This document shows, in pieces, positions 44,892 to 55,266 of a DNA stretch of 64,000 nucleotides. Numbering within the stretch: position 1 is the first letter of the stretch; each line of letters opens with the position of its first letter. Below the pieces are notes generated by a model, which worked only from the letters and a program-made list of their open reading frames with translations, was not told the origin of the DNA and did not search any database. Source of the stretch: Spirochaetia bacterium (lineage in GTDB: Bacteria; Spirochaetota; Spirochaetia; SZUA-6; Bin103). Where the stretch lies: contig OZ241863.1 of NCBI GenBank assembly GCA_965203055.1, positions 768,001 through 832,000 on the forward strand. The letters run 5' to 3'. The position numbers were made by a program, and so were the translations under genes.

Positions 44892-46151
44892 CTATTTGTA
44901 GTCATCGACGACCGCCGTCGCGGATTTTTCCAGCTCCGGGAACAGAGTTTCCTCCGAGATGTTCAAGGAATACAGTTCTTTCCGGATACGGCATTTGTTT
45001 TCCACCTCCAATCGGTAGTAGTTGTAGGGTACGTCGTGACGGTCCATTCTGTACCGGCCGCACTGTTCCTTGGGTTTGAAATCGAACGTCCCGTGATGCG
45101 CCGAAACGAGGAAGGCTCCTGACTGCGCTCTGAGGCGAGGAAACAGCCGGCGCGGCTGCACGATGAAGATGCGGAACAGGTCTCTCGGATCGATCAGACC
45201 CTCGACGAAGTATGGCTTTTCCTGCCTGATGAAGGTATGGAGACGGCCCATCTTCCGGCGCAGGGAATCCATACGACAGCGCCAGGCGTAGACACCGACT
45301 TCTCCTCTGACATCGCGCCTGCGCATGATACGGTAGCCGTGAGAAGAATGGACGAAGGCGCGTCGTTCGTCCAGAAACTGCGCCGTTTCTGTCAGAATCT
45401 CCTCTTGTTCGTTTCTACCGAGTCGAGCGAAGTTGGCGACGATGCTCACGGCGTCGCTGTCGTAGGGTTTGACGCGATCCCGCGTCGTCGCGAACACGTA
45501 GAGGCAACCGTGCTTCGAATCGTGCTTCGAATCGTTACAAGCGAAGAACAAGCCTACCAGGGGATTCGCGGAGATGTCGAGGAACCTCGTGGGAAGGCCA
45601 TGATGTTGCGCAATCACCCACTGGTCGAGAGCTGATACGAACCTGGAAAACTCATCAGGCTGCCTCGTTATCAAGTCGCGCAGCATCGCTCCTTCGTACT
45701 TGCAGTGATTCTCATTCCGCATGACGGACGGCGCAAGCTTATGGCCGAACCTATTATAGTAGTGTTTGCTCTGACCGCGATAGTACAACAGAGGGCGATA
45801 GTCCCGTAGTAGCAGCTCCTCGTCTTCTTCTTCTTCTTCTTCTTCTTCTTCTTCCTCCTCCTCCTCAAACTCCCGTTTCTTGGCCTCCGCTTCCGCCCGT
45901 CTTTCCGCTTCCGCCTGCCTCTCGGCTTCCGCCTGTCTCTCGGCTTCCGCCCGCCTCGGCTTCCGCCTGTCTCTCGGCTTCCGCCCGCCTCTCGGCTTCC
46001 GCCGTCTCTCGGCTTCCGCCCGTTTCTCGGTCTCCCGTTTCTCGGTCTCCCGTTTCTCAAACTCCTCGATCTTTTGGATGTTCGACAACAACGCAGATAC
46101 GCAATCGATGGGCTGCAGACACGGCCACCCGGGGTCGCATGACATTCTCAA
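44892..46151 (-). CDS. FRG-domain protein with repetitive charged N-terminus
   Basis: YYRGQS, QHHGLPTRFLDIS.NPLVGLFFAC, RLRAQSGAF; start uncertain. Confidence 0.82.
   Translation of the reverse strand: MRMSCDPGWPCLQPIDCVSALLSNIQKIEEFEKRETEKRETEKRAEAERRRKPRGGRKPRDRRKPRRAEAERQAEAERQAEAERRAEAEAKKREFEEEEEEEEEEEEEEDEELLLRDYRPLLYYRGQSKHYYNRFGHKLAPSVMRNENHCKYEGAMLRDLITRQPDEFSRFVSALDQWVIAQHHGLPTRFLDISANPLVGLFFACNDSKHDSKHGCLYVFATTRDRVKPYDSDAVSIVANFARLGRNEQEEILTETAQFLDERRAFVHSSHGYRIMRRRDVRGEVGVYAWRCRMDSLRRKMGRLHTFIRQEKPYFVEGLIDPRDLFRIFIVQPRRLFPRLRAQSGAFLVSAHHGTFDFKPKEQCGRYRMDRHDVPYNYYRLEVENKCRIRKELYSLNISEETLFPELEKSATAVVDDYK
45823..46060 (-). repeat. Poly-Glu (GAA/GAG)n plus 15-18-bp tandem repeats in FRG gene
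   Basis: (TTC)n(CTC)n then eight GCTTCCGCC-led units of 18,18,18,16,18,18,17,18 bp. Confidence 0.9.
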
Positions 46152-46754
46152 TCCCTCCAGCAGACTTCAATGCGTGGTCGCACTACGCCGTTGACGGCCG
46201 TCAACATCTCGCCGTCCTTCTGGCCGACCACATCGAGGGCGATTCAAGCGTGTGACATTCGGCGGCGGTAGTGGCTCTCTGCCACGACCGCGGGTACTCC
46301 GGCTCTTCATGTCTGCCTCCCTGCCCTCTTGCGGGGCACCAAAACCGGCCGGGGCGTTGGCGGGCTATTCTTGGGCGATGCGGGGTAGCGTGAGCTACGC
46401 CGCCTTCGGGGTTACGGAGGGGTGATCGTGACCGTACTCCGGGGCGGCCCTCTTGATGGATCACTTGACCCTCACCCGCTCGGTGACGTTCGTTCGACGT
46501 TCGCAGTGGATTCTCATCTTGATTGTCGCTGAACAGCCTCGAGTTCGGACGGCCAAACGCGCTTCGGCCGCCTCCGCGCGAGCCTCCGCCTCACGGCGTG
46601 CTGACGCCGCTCGGAAAGTGAGCCGTTTGCCGGTCGGTTTTTGACCCACCCGGCAGTACGGAAGGAATGTAGCAGAGGCGGCGGAGAATGGGGAGGGGGT
46701 CTGGGGGAGGGATGGATTTGCTTGTGGATAAGTGGATAACCCGCATTCGATCCG

Positions 46755-47226
46755 CTGCTGCTGGACCAGACCCGGATGGCGCCGGCGGCGGTGGCCGGGG
46801 AGCTGCACGGGCGGGTTGCTGCAACTGGCGATGATGCACACCTTCGAGCAGGAGCTGGGGGAGGCGCGGAAGCGGATCGCGCCGCTGCTGGGGGAGTTGC
46901 AGGGGAAGCCGACGCACAGCGGGGTGGATTACTACCAAGCGTTTATGGAGTACATTGTGAAGACCGGACCGGCGGACACGCTACAAGCGCTGGGTGAGCT
47001 GCTGCGGCGCCTGGCGCCGGAACTGAGAGGTGATTTGATGACCTGTGGCGAGATACTGCGCCGGGAAGGCGAGTTGAAGGGCCGCCTGGAGACTATCGAA
47101 GGGTTCCCGCAGGCCGGGATCGGGTGGCCGGTGATTCAATCCGCCACCGGCATCGACGAGCCCACCTACCGCACCCTCAAACGCGACGCCGCCAACGGCA
47201 CGGAGCAGACCGCGCCCCGCCAGTAG
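46755..47226 (+). pseudogene. Rpn family D, 5'-truncated
   Basis: Matches 57300-57780; LLQLAMMHTFEQE..RGDLMTCGE. Confidence 0.85.
47038..47226 (+). CDS. Putative RpnS (D type, 62 aa), orphan
   Basis: GAGGTGA-tttg-ATG; open frame. Confidence 0.55.
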   Translation: MTCGEILRREGELKGRLETIEGFPQAGIGWPVIQSATGIDEPTYRTLKRDAANGTEQTAPRQ

Positions 47227-47394
47227 TCCCTGCTGCCGGGCCGGCGGCGCGTCCACCACGGCGAACGCGCCGCGCCGCCAAATGCAAAGCGCGGCCGACG
47301 CCGCGCCGTTGTAGGGGTCAGAGAATGGCACCGCCGCTGCACTAGCCGGCTCCCCGGCCGCGGCCGGCACGGCGCCGCCATCGACGGAGACTCC

Positions 47395-48432
47395 ATGAAC
47401 GACGAATCGTACAAGCGCCTGCTCTACCACCGGCGCACCGTCAAGGACCTGCTCCTCGGCTTCATCGCCCGCCTGCGCCCGGCCGGTTGGGCTGACTCGC
47501 TCATCTTCGACTCGCTGCGCGAAGGTCCGGCCGAGTACGTCACCGACCACCTTCGCCGGCGGCTCAGCGACGTCGTCTGGTCGATCGACCGCAGCGCCGC
47601 CGACGGCAACGTGCGGACCATCCAGGTGCTGATCGAGCATCAGTCGTCGGTGGACCACTCGATGCCGCTGCGGTTCCTGAACTACGGCAGCCTGATGTAC
47701 CAGCGGAAGTACCGGGACCGCCGGTGGCGCAAGGGCGACACCGGCGACCAGGTGCTGCACGTGGTGTTGTACAACGGCGCGACCCGCTGGGACGCGCCGC
47801 AGTCGCTGGCGGAGCTGGTGCAGGCGAGTGCGGAACACGACGGCCCCGCGCATCTCGCGCTGAGCTATGACGTGGTTGATCTGGTAGCGCTGGCAGCGGA
47901 AGACCTGCCGCGCCCGAACCTGATAACCTGGATGGCGGAAGTGGAGCGCAGCCGGCGCGCCGGGGAGCTGGCGGAGCGGGTGCGGGAGTTGGGACAGTGG
48001 CTCGCGGCGGAGGACGAGCCGGAACTGACGAAGAGTTTCGACCTGTGGCTGGGAGCCTTGGGTGAAAAGTGGGGCGTGGAGTTGCCGTCGATTCGCGACT
48101 ACGAGGAGGCAAGCGCAATGCTGTTAGAAAAGATCAATCGCTGGGAAGCTGATCTCCGCCAAGAAGGCCGGCAGCTGGGCCAACAGGAAGGCGAGTTGAA
48201 AGGCCGCCAGGAAGGCCGGCTGGAGGGCCAACAGGAAGGCGAGTTGAAGGGCCGCCAGGAAGGCCGGCTGGAGGGCCAACAGGAAGGCGAGTTGAAGGGC
48301 CGGCTGGAGACCATCGACGGGTTCCTGCGGGCCGGGATCGGGTGGCCGGTGATCCACTCCGCCACCGGCATCGACGAGCCCACCTACCGCGCCTTCAAAC
48401 GCGACTCCGCCAACGGCATGGAGCCCCGCTAA
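47395..48432 (+). CDS. Rpn/YhgA-like nuclease, family C
   Basis: DESYKRLL, SDVVW, LIEHQS, VVLYNG..W, GRQE units. Confidence 0.9.
   Translation: MNDESYKRLLYHRRTVKDLLLGFIARLRPAGWADSLIFDSLREGPAEYVTDHLRRRLSDVVWSIDRSAADGNVRTIQVLIEHQSSVDHSMPLRFLNYGSLMYQRKYRDRRWRKGDTGDQVLHVVLYNGATRWDAPQSLAELVQASAEHDGPAHLALSYDVVDLVALAAEDLPRPNLITWMAEVERSRRAGELAERVRELGQWLAAEDEPELTKSFDLWLGALGEKWGVELPSIRDYEEASAMLLEKINRWEADLRQEGRQLGQQEGELKGRQEGRLEGQQEGELKGRQEGRLEGQQEGELKGRLETIDGFLRAGIGWPVIHSATGIDEPTYRAFKRDSANGMEPR
48118..48432 (+). CDS. Putative intragenic RpnS (104 aa)
   Basis: GAGGAGG-caagcgca-ATG in frame. Confidence 0.6.
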   Translation: MLLEKINRWEADLRQEGRQLGQQEGELKGRQEGRLEGQQEGELKGRQEGRLEGQQEGELKGRLETIDGFLRAGIGWPVIHSATGIDEPTYRAFKRDSANGMEPR

Positions 48433-48544
48433 TCCCGCCCGGCCGGTCCGGGCACCTCCACCACGGCGAGTGCGGCGCGCTGCCGAACAAGCGCCGCTAC
48501 CGGCGTGCGCCAGATCTGGCACAATTTCGCGACGGTGCTTGGCG

Positions 48545-48774
48545 CCGGACTGAGAGGTGATCTGATGACCTGTGGCGAGATACTGCGCCGGGAAGGCGAG
48601 TTGAAGGGCCGCCGGGAAGGCGATTTGAGGGGCCGGCTGGAGACCATCTAAGGGTTCCTGCAGGCCGGGATCAAGTGGCCGGTGATTCAATCCGCCACCG
48701 GCATCGACGAGCCCACCTACCGCACCCTCAAACGCGACGCCGCCAACGGCACGGAGCAGACCGCGCTGCGTTAA
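48545..48774 (+). pseudogene. Stand-alone D-type RpnS with nonsense codon
   Basis: GAGGTGA + ATG 48565; GAA>TAA at 48649. Confidence 0.8.
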
Positions 48775-48956
48775 CCGCCGCCGGGAGGCGTCTACCGTGA
48801 GCGCGGCCGCGCCGTAGCGAGAGCTGGGAGGCGTCTCGCAACCCTGATTCGCGCGCCGGCACATGGGCAGGGCACGTCCACGACCGCGAGCACGGCGTCG
48901 CCAAAAGCACCGCAGACGCCGCGCCGTTGTAGGGGCAGAGGAGAGAATGACACCGA

Positions 48957-49593
48957 ATGTCACCGCCCCTGCATCAGCCCCACGATCACCTGTTCCGCCT
49001 GGTGTTCGCCGACCCCGAGGAGACCGCCGCCTTCCTCCGCGCCCGGCTGCCGGACTCGTACCAGCGCGGCATCCTCTGGCCCTCCCTGCGCCGCGCCGCA
49101 GGCTCGTTCATCGACCAGGAGCTGCGCGGCTCCGTCTCCGACCTGCTGTTCGAGGTGCGCAGCGCGGCCGCGGCGCCGCGGCAGTGGCTCTAACCTGCTG
49201 TTCGAACATCAGTCCCAGCCCGACCGCTGGATGGCGCTGCTACTGCTGCCGCATCTGGGAGGCCGACCGCCGCGACTACCCCGACGAGCAGTACCTGCGC
49301 CCGGTGCTGCCGCGGTGTTCTACCAGGGCGAGCACCACTGGCACTACGCCATCGAACTGGCGGAGTCGTTCCCGCCGGCGCTGCGCGGATAGCCGTTGGG
49401 GTGCCGCGGTTCTGCCCGCTGCTGCTGGACCAGACCCGGATGGCGCCGGCGGCGGTGGCCGGGGAACTGCACGGGCGGTTGCTGCAACTGGCGATGATGC
49501 GCACCTTCGAGCAGGAGCTGGGGTGAGGCGCGGAAGCGGATCGCGCCGCTGCTGTGGGAGTTGAAGGGGAAGCCGACGCACGGCGGGGGTGGA
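48957..49593 (+). pseudogene. Rpn family D, frameshifted, truncated by an IS3-like end
   Basis: PHDHLFR, SDLLF; CTCTAACC insertion-stop at 49191; homology ends at TGAGGTGG 49594. Confidence 0.85.
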
Positions 49594-49834
49594 TGAGGTG
49601 GTCCCGGTTGGTTAGACGTCCGAGGGGGTAGCCCTGATGGCAGCTCAAGGGCAATCGTTTCGTTGATCGTCGTTGATCTACCCTTCTTGTCGCTCGTGGC
49701 TCGTTCTGCCAAAATGGGAGGCGTAACGGGTGGGGATGCGGAGTATTGCCGTTAACTTGTTATCTTCAATAGAAGTACGCCGATGCTTGGCAGATGTGCC
49801 GCGCCCCGTGGGCAGCCGGGAACTAGTCTGAAGC

Positions 49835-50896
49835 ATGGCGAACGACGACTTGGCGCAGCCGCACGACAATCTGTTCCGCGCCGTGTTCGGCGAACCCGCC
49901 GAAGCGGTCGGGTTGCTGCGCGCCCATCTGCCGCCGGCCGTCGCCAACGGCTTGCAGTGGTCCACGCTGTCCGCCGAGAACAGCGCCTTCATCGCCCCCG
50001 ACCTGCGAGCCACCGAGTCCGATCTGCTGTACTCAATCCGGCGCCGCGCCGGCGGCGCGCCGGCCTGGCTGTACGTACTGCTGGAGCATCAGTCGACGGT
50101 GCGGAACCGTGACCGCTGGATGCGCCTGCGGCTGCTGCAGTACTGCTGCCGGATCTGGGAACGCGACCGGAGGCGCTATCCTGCGGAGACGGAGTTGCGC
50201 CCGATCGTGCCGATGGTGTTCTATCTGGGAAGCGGACGCTGGCGCTACGCGACGGAGTTCACGGAGTTGTTTCCGGGTGAGGTGCGGGAATGGCGGTGGC
50301 TGCCGCGGTTCGAGCACGTGCTGATCGACCATTCGGAGACGGAGCCGGAGGGGGTACGGGGCACGTTGAAAGGGCGGCTGGCGCAGCTGATGATGCTGGC
50401 GGTATACCGCGCTGCGGTGGCATGGCCGGCGCTGGAGCGAGCGTTGCCGCTGCTGGCGGAACTGGCGCGGCGCGGGGGACGGGAGCAGAGCATGTTCGTA
50501 TGGTACGTGCTGGCGACCCAAAGGGAACCGATGCGCGGGCGCTTTGCCAAGGAGCTGCAGCGGCAGATACCGGGACCGGAGGGAGACATCATGAATTACG
50601 TGGAGGAGATCAAGCAACAAGGCCGGCAGGAGGGCCGCCTGGAAGGCCGGCAAGAAGGCCGGCAAGAGGGTGAGATCAAGGGCCGGCAGGAGGGTGAGAT
50701 CAAGGGCCGGCAGGAGGGTGAGATCAAGGGCCGGCAGGAGGGTGAGATTAAGGGCCGGCTGGAGACCATCGAAGAGTTCCTGCGGGCGGGAATCGGGTGG
50801 CCGATGATCCGGTCCGCCACTGGCATCGACGAGCAGACCTACCGCGCCCTCAAACGCGACTCGGCCAACGGCACGGAGCGGGCCGCGCCTCCCTAA
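49835..50896 (+). CDS. Rpn nuclease family A (12 units; internal RpnS start 50591)
   Basis: Near identical to 25360-26433. Confidence 0.92.
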   Translation: MANDDLAQPHDNLFRAVFGEPAEAVGLLRAHLPPAVANGLQWSTLSAENSAFIAPDLRATESDLLYSIRRRAGGAPAWLYVLLEHQSTVRNRDRWMRLRLLQYCCRIWERDRRRYPAETELRPIVPMVFYLGSGRWRYATEFTELFPGEVREWRWLPRFEHVLIDHSETEPEGVRGTLKGRLAQLMMLAVYRAAVAWPALERALPLLAELARRGGREQSMFVWYVLATQREPMRGRFAKELQRQIPGPEGDIMNYVEEIKQQGRQEGRLEGRQEGRQEGEIKGRQEGEIKGRQEGEIKGRQEGEIKGRLETIEEFLRAGIGWPMIRSATGIDEQTYRALKRDSANGTERAAPP

Positions 50897-50899
50897 CCT

Positions 50900-51131
50900 C
50901 CTGCCATCCGGATGCGCGTAGTTGGCGCGGAGGACGTTGGCGCTGCGAGCAGGTGCTGGGAGCATGCAACTAGTTTTGTGACGACAATCGAATCACTTCG
51001 AAGCAGGGTGGCGCATGTCGCGTAGTTGGGCATGAGCTGAAGAGCCGGCTGGAAACCATCGACGAGCCCACCTACCGCACCCTCAAACGCGACGCCGCCA
51101 ACGGCAAGGAGCAGACCGCGCCCCGCCAATA
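50900..51131 (+). pseudogene. Dehydrogenase 5' stub fused to an Rpn C-terminal fragment
   Basis: Matches 26440-26580, then GAGCTGAAG..ACCATCGACGAGCCC (internally deleted tail). Confidence 0.8.
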
Positions 51132-51459
51132 GTCCCTCCCACCGGGCCGGACGCGCGTCGACCACGGCGAGCGCGCCACGCCGCCAATGCAAGCGCGGCC
51201 GACCCCGCGCCGTTGTAGGGGGCAGAGATGGCACTGTCCCTGCACCAATCGCCCCCGGCACGGAGCAGACGGCGCGCCTCGTCAATGGTCCCGCCGGGCC
51301 AGGCGCGTCCACCACGGCCAGCACGCCGCGTCGCCATGCAAAGCGCCGCCGACGCCGCGCCGTTGTAGCAGTCAGAGAATGGCACCGCCGCTGCTTCAGC
51401 ACACGGTCACCTGTTCCGCCGGCCACGGCCGGCACGGCGCCGCCATCGACGGAGACTCC

Positions 51460-52437
51460 ATGAACGACGAATCGTACAAGCGCCTGCTCGACCACCGGCG
51501 CACCATCAAGGACCTGATCCTCGGCTTCATCGCCCGCCTGCGCCCGCCCGGCTGGGCTGACTCGCTCATCTTCGACTCGCTGCGCGAAGGTCCGACCGAG
51601 AACGTCACCGACCACCTTCGCCGGCGCCTCAGCGACGTCGTCTGGACGATCGACCGGCGCGCCGCCGACGGCAACGTGCGGACCATCCAGGTGCTGATCG
51701 AGCATCAGTCCTCGGTGGACCACTCGATGCCGCTGCGGTTCCTGAACTACGGCAGCCTGATGTACCAGCGGAAGTACCGCGACCGCCGGTGGCGCAAGGG
51801 CGACACCGCGGACCAGGTGCTGCACGTGGTGTTGTACAACGGCGCGACCCGCTGGGACGCGCCGCAGTCGCTGGCGGAGCTGGTGCAGGCGAGTGCGGAA
51901 CACGACGGCCCCGCGCATCTCGCGCTGAGCTATGACGTGGTTGATCTGGTAGCGCTGGCAGCGGAAGACCTGCCGCGCCCGAACCTGATAACGTGGATGG
52001 CGGAAGTGGAGCGCAGCCGGCGCGCCGGGGAGCTGGCGGAGCGGGTGCGGGAGCTGGGACAATGGCTCGCGGCGGAGGACGAGCCGGAGCTGACGAAGAG
52101 TTTCGACCTGTGGCTGGGAGCCTTGGGTGAAAAGTGGGGCGTGGAGTTACCGTCGATTCGCGACTACAAGGAGACAAGCGCAATGATATTAGAAAAGATC
52201 GATCGCTGGGAAGCTGAGCTCCGCCAAGAGGGCCGGCAGGAAGGCCGGCTGGAGGGCCAACAGGAAGGCGAGTTGAAGGGCCGCCAGGAAGGCGAGTTGA
52301 AAGGCCGGCTGGAGACCATCGACGGGCTCCTGCGGGCCGGGATCGGGTGGCCGGTGATCCACTCCGCCACCGGCATCGACGAGCCCACCTACCGCGCCTT
52401 CAAACGCGACTCCGCCAACGGCATGGAGCCCCGCTAA
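51460..52437 (+). CDS. Rpn nuclease family C (internal RpnS start 52183)
   Basis: Paralog of 47395-48432, 20 aa shorter in the repeat tract; AAGGAG before internal ATG. Confidence 0.9.
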   Translation: MNDESYKRLLDHRRTIKDLILGFIARLRPPGWADSLIFDSLREGPTENVTDHLRRRLSDVVWTIDRRAADGNVRTIQVLIEHQSSVDHSMPLRFLNYGSLMYQRKYRDRRWRKGDTADQVLHVVLYNGATRWDAPQSLAELVQASAEHDGPAHLALSYDVVDLVALAAEDLPRPNLITWMAEVERSRRAGELAERVRELGQWLAAEDEPELTKSFDLWLGALGEKWGVELPSIRDYKETSAMILEKIDRWEAELRQEGRQEGRLEGQQEGELKGRQEGELKGRLETIDGLLRAGIGWPVIHSATGIDEPTYRAFKRDSANGMEPR

Positions 52438-52549
52438 TCCCGCCCGGCCGGTCCGGGCACCTCCACCACGGCGAGTGCGGCGCGCTGCCGAACAAGCGCC
52501 GCTACCGGCGTGCGCCAGATCTGGCACAATTTCGCGACGGTGCTTGGCG

Positions 52550-52779
52550 CCGGACTGAGAGGTGATCTGATGACCTGTGGCGAGATACTGCGCCGGGAAG
52601 GCGAGTTGAAGGGCCGCCGGGAAGGCGATTTGAGGGGCCGGCTGGAGACCATCTAAGGGTTCCTGCAGGCCGGGATCAAGTGGCCGGTGATTCAATCCGC
52701 CACCGGCATCGACGAGCCCACCTACCGCACCCTCAAACGCGACGCCGCCAACGGCACGGAGCAGACCGCGCTGCGTTAA
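52550..52779 (+). pseudogene. Stand-alone D-type RpnS with the same nonsense codon
   Basis: ATG 52570, TAA 52654; duplicate of 48545-48774. Confidence 0.8.
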
Positions 52780-53474
52780 CCGCCGCCGGGAGGCGTCTAC
52801 CGTGAGCGCGGCCGCGCCGTAGCGAGAGCTGGGAGGCGTCTCGCAACCCTGATTCGCGCGCCGGCACATGGGCAGGGCACGTCCACGACCGCGAGCACGG
52901 CGCCGCCAAAAGCACCGCAGACGCCGCGCCGTTGTAGGGGCAGAGGAGAGAATGACACCGAATGTCACCGCCCCTGCATCAGCCCCACGATCACCTGTTC
53001 CGCCTGGTGTTCGCCGACCCCGAGGAGACCGCCGCCTTCCTCCGCGCACGCCTGCCCGACTCGTACCAGCGCGGCATCCTCTGGTCCTCCCTGAGCCGCG
53101 CCCCAGGCTCCTTTCGTCGACCAAGAGCTGCGCGGCTCCGTCACCGACCTGCTGTTCGAGGTGCGCAGCGCGGCCGCGGCGCCGCGGCAGTGGCTCTAAC
53201 CTGCTGTTCGAACATCAGTCCCAGCCCGACCGCTGGATGGCGCTGCGACTGCTGCGCTACTGCTGCCGCATCTGGGAGGCCGACCGCCCGCGACTACCCC
53301 GACGAGCAGTACCTGCGGCCGGTGCTGCCGCTGGTGTTCTACCAGGGCGAGCACCACTGGCACTACGACATCGAACTGGCCGAGTCCTTCCCCCCGGCGC
53401 TGCGCGGCCAGCCCTGGGTGCCGCGCTTCTGCCCGCTGCTGCTGGACCAGACCCGGATGGCGCCGGCGGCGGTG

Positions 53475-54878
53475 GAGATATAACCGGAAGTTGTGGATGG
53501 GATGAAAAGAGCGCATCCTCCCAAGAACGATTCAACCACGAATCAGGAGGAGTACGCTCGTGGAGAACAATACCGGCAGGACCACCGAGGCTCAAGGTCC
53601 TCAAGGTCCTGGTGCCATTCTGGATGAGATCGTACGCGCCGGAGCGCGGCAGATGCTGGCTGCGGCGCTGGAGGCGGAAGTGGACGAGTTCCTGGCGCGG
53701 TACGCTGACCAGCGGGATCAGCACGGCCACCGGCTGGCGGTCCGCAACGGCCATCTGCCGAAGCGCTCGTTGGTCACCGGGATCGGTCCGATCCCGATCC
53801 GGCAGCCGCGGGTCGATGACCGCCAGCTCGCCAAGCAGGGAGAGTCGAGGTTCAGCAGCGCGATCCTGCCGCGCTACGCGAGACGGACGCCGAGTGTGGA
53901 CAGCCTGATACCGACGCTGTACCTGAAGGGGGTATCGAGCGGGGACTTCTCGCAGGCGCTGGCGGCGATCCTGGGAGAGCAGGCCGCAGGGCTGAGCGCG
54001 ACCAACGTGGTGCGGCTGAAGAAGGTGTGGGAAGCGGAGTACCGGGAGTGGACGCAGCGTGATCTGAGCGGCAAGAGGTACGTGTACTTCTGGGCCGACG
54101 GCCTGCACGTGAACGTGCGACTGGACGAGGAGCGCAGTTGCATCCTGGTGATCATGGGCGCCGACGAGCAGGGGCGCAAGGAAGTGGTGGCGGTCAGCGA
54201 CGGCTACCGGGAGAGCAAGACGGCGTGGTGTGAGCTGCTGTTGGACCTGCGGCGGCGTGGGCTGACGAAGGGGCCGCGGCTGGCGACGGCGGACGGGGCG
54301 TTGGGATTCTGGGCGGCGTTGCGGGAGGTGTATCCGGGAACGGAGGAACAGACCTGCTGGTTCCACAAGGCCGGCAACGTGCTGGACAAGATGCCGCAGT
54401 CGGTGCAGGGGCGGGCGAAGACGATGATCCGCGAGATGTGGCAAGCGCCGTCGTTGGAGCATGCTACCAGCGCCTACCACCAGTTCTGCACGGCGTGGGA
54501 GGCGAAGTACCCGAAGGCGGTCGCCAGCCTGCGCAAGGATGAAGGCTCGCTGTTCAGCTTCTATGGGTTTCCGGCGGCGCACTGGATCCATCTGCGGACC
54601 AGCAACCCGATCGAGTCGACGTATGCGACGGTGCGGCTGCGGACGAAGCGGACGAAGGGCTGCGGGTCGCGGGCGGCGACGCTGACGATGGTCTGGAAGC
54701 TGGCGCTGGAAGCGCAGCGGAGGTGGCGCCGGCTGATGGGCTTCAAACTCATACCCCTGGTGATGGAGGGGCGTGAATTCGTAGACGGCGAGCTGACGGA
54801 GGCAGCGGCTTAGAGAGACGACAGAACGATTGGAGATGCGCTCGCTGATTCTCAATCCACAAGACTTGACAATATCTC
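53475..54878 (+). mobile_element. IS256-family insertion sequence
   Basis: Imperfect IRs GAGATAT..TTGTGGAT; flanking direct repeat CGGCGGCGGTG at 53464-53474 and 54880-54890. Confidence 0.9.
53560..54813 (+). CDS. IS256-family transposase
   Basis: RNGH, LYLKGVS, WADG, ADGALGF, CWFHK, RTSNPIES; AGGAGG upstream. Confidence 0.93.
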   Translation: MENNTGRTTEAQGPQGPGAILDEIVRAGARQMLAAALEAEVDEFLARYADQRDQHGHRLAVRNGHLPKRSLVTGIGPIPIRQPRVDDRQLAKQGESRFSSAILPRYARRTPSVDSLIPTLYLKGVSSGDFSQALAAILGEQAAGLSATNVVRLKKVWEAEYREWTQRDLSGKRYVYFWADGLHVNVRLDEERSCILVIMGADEQGRKEVVAVSDGYRESKTAWCELLLDLRRRGLTKGPRLATADGALGFWAALREVYPGTEEQTCWFHKAGNVLDKMPQSVQGRAKTMIREMWQAPSLEHATSAYHQFCTAWEAKYPKAVASLRKDEGSLFSFYGFPAAHWIHLRTSNPIESTYATVRLRTKRTKGCGSRAATLTMVWKLALEAQRRWRRLMGFKLIPLVMEGREFVDGELTEAAA

Positions 54879-55266
54879 GCGGCGGCGGTGGCCGGGGAAC
54901 TGCACGGGCGTTTGCTGCAACTGGCGATGATGCGCACCCTTCGAGCAGGAGCTGGGGGAGGCGCGGAAGCGGATCGCGCCGCTGATAGGGGAGTTGCAGC
55001 GGAAGCCGGTGCGCGGCGGGGTGGATGGGGTGGTCTCGGTTGGTTAGACAGTCCGAGGGGGTAGCCCTGATGGCAGCTTAAGGTAATCGTTTCGTTGATC
55101 GTCGTTGATCTACCCTTCTTGTCGCTCGTGGCTCGTTCTGCCAAAATGGGCGGCGTAACGGGTGGGGATGCGGAGTATTACCGTTAACTTGTTATCTTCA
55201 ATAGAAGTACGCCGATGCTTGGCAGATGTGCCGCGCCCCGTGGGCAGCCGGGAACTAGTCTGAAGC

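Larger units (their letters stand above)
52962..55025 (+). pseudogene. Rpn family D, frameshifted and interrupted by IS256
   Basis: D sequence stops at 53474 and resumes at 54879. Confidence 0.85.

Noticed and set aside
46720..46740. Replication origin
   Set aside because: Only two boxes, no AT-rich unwinding region or dnaA nearby
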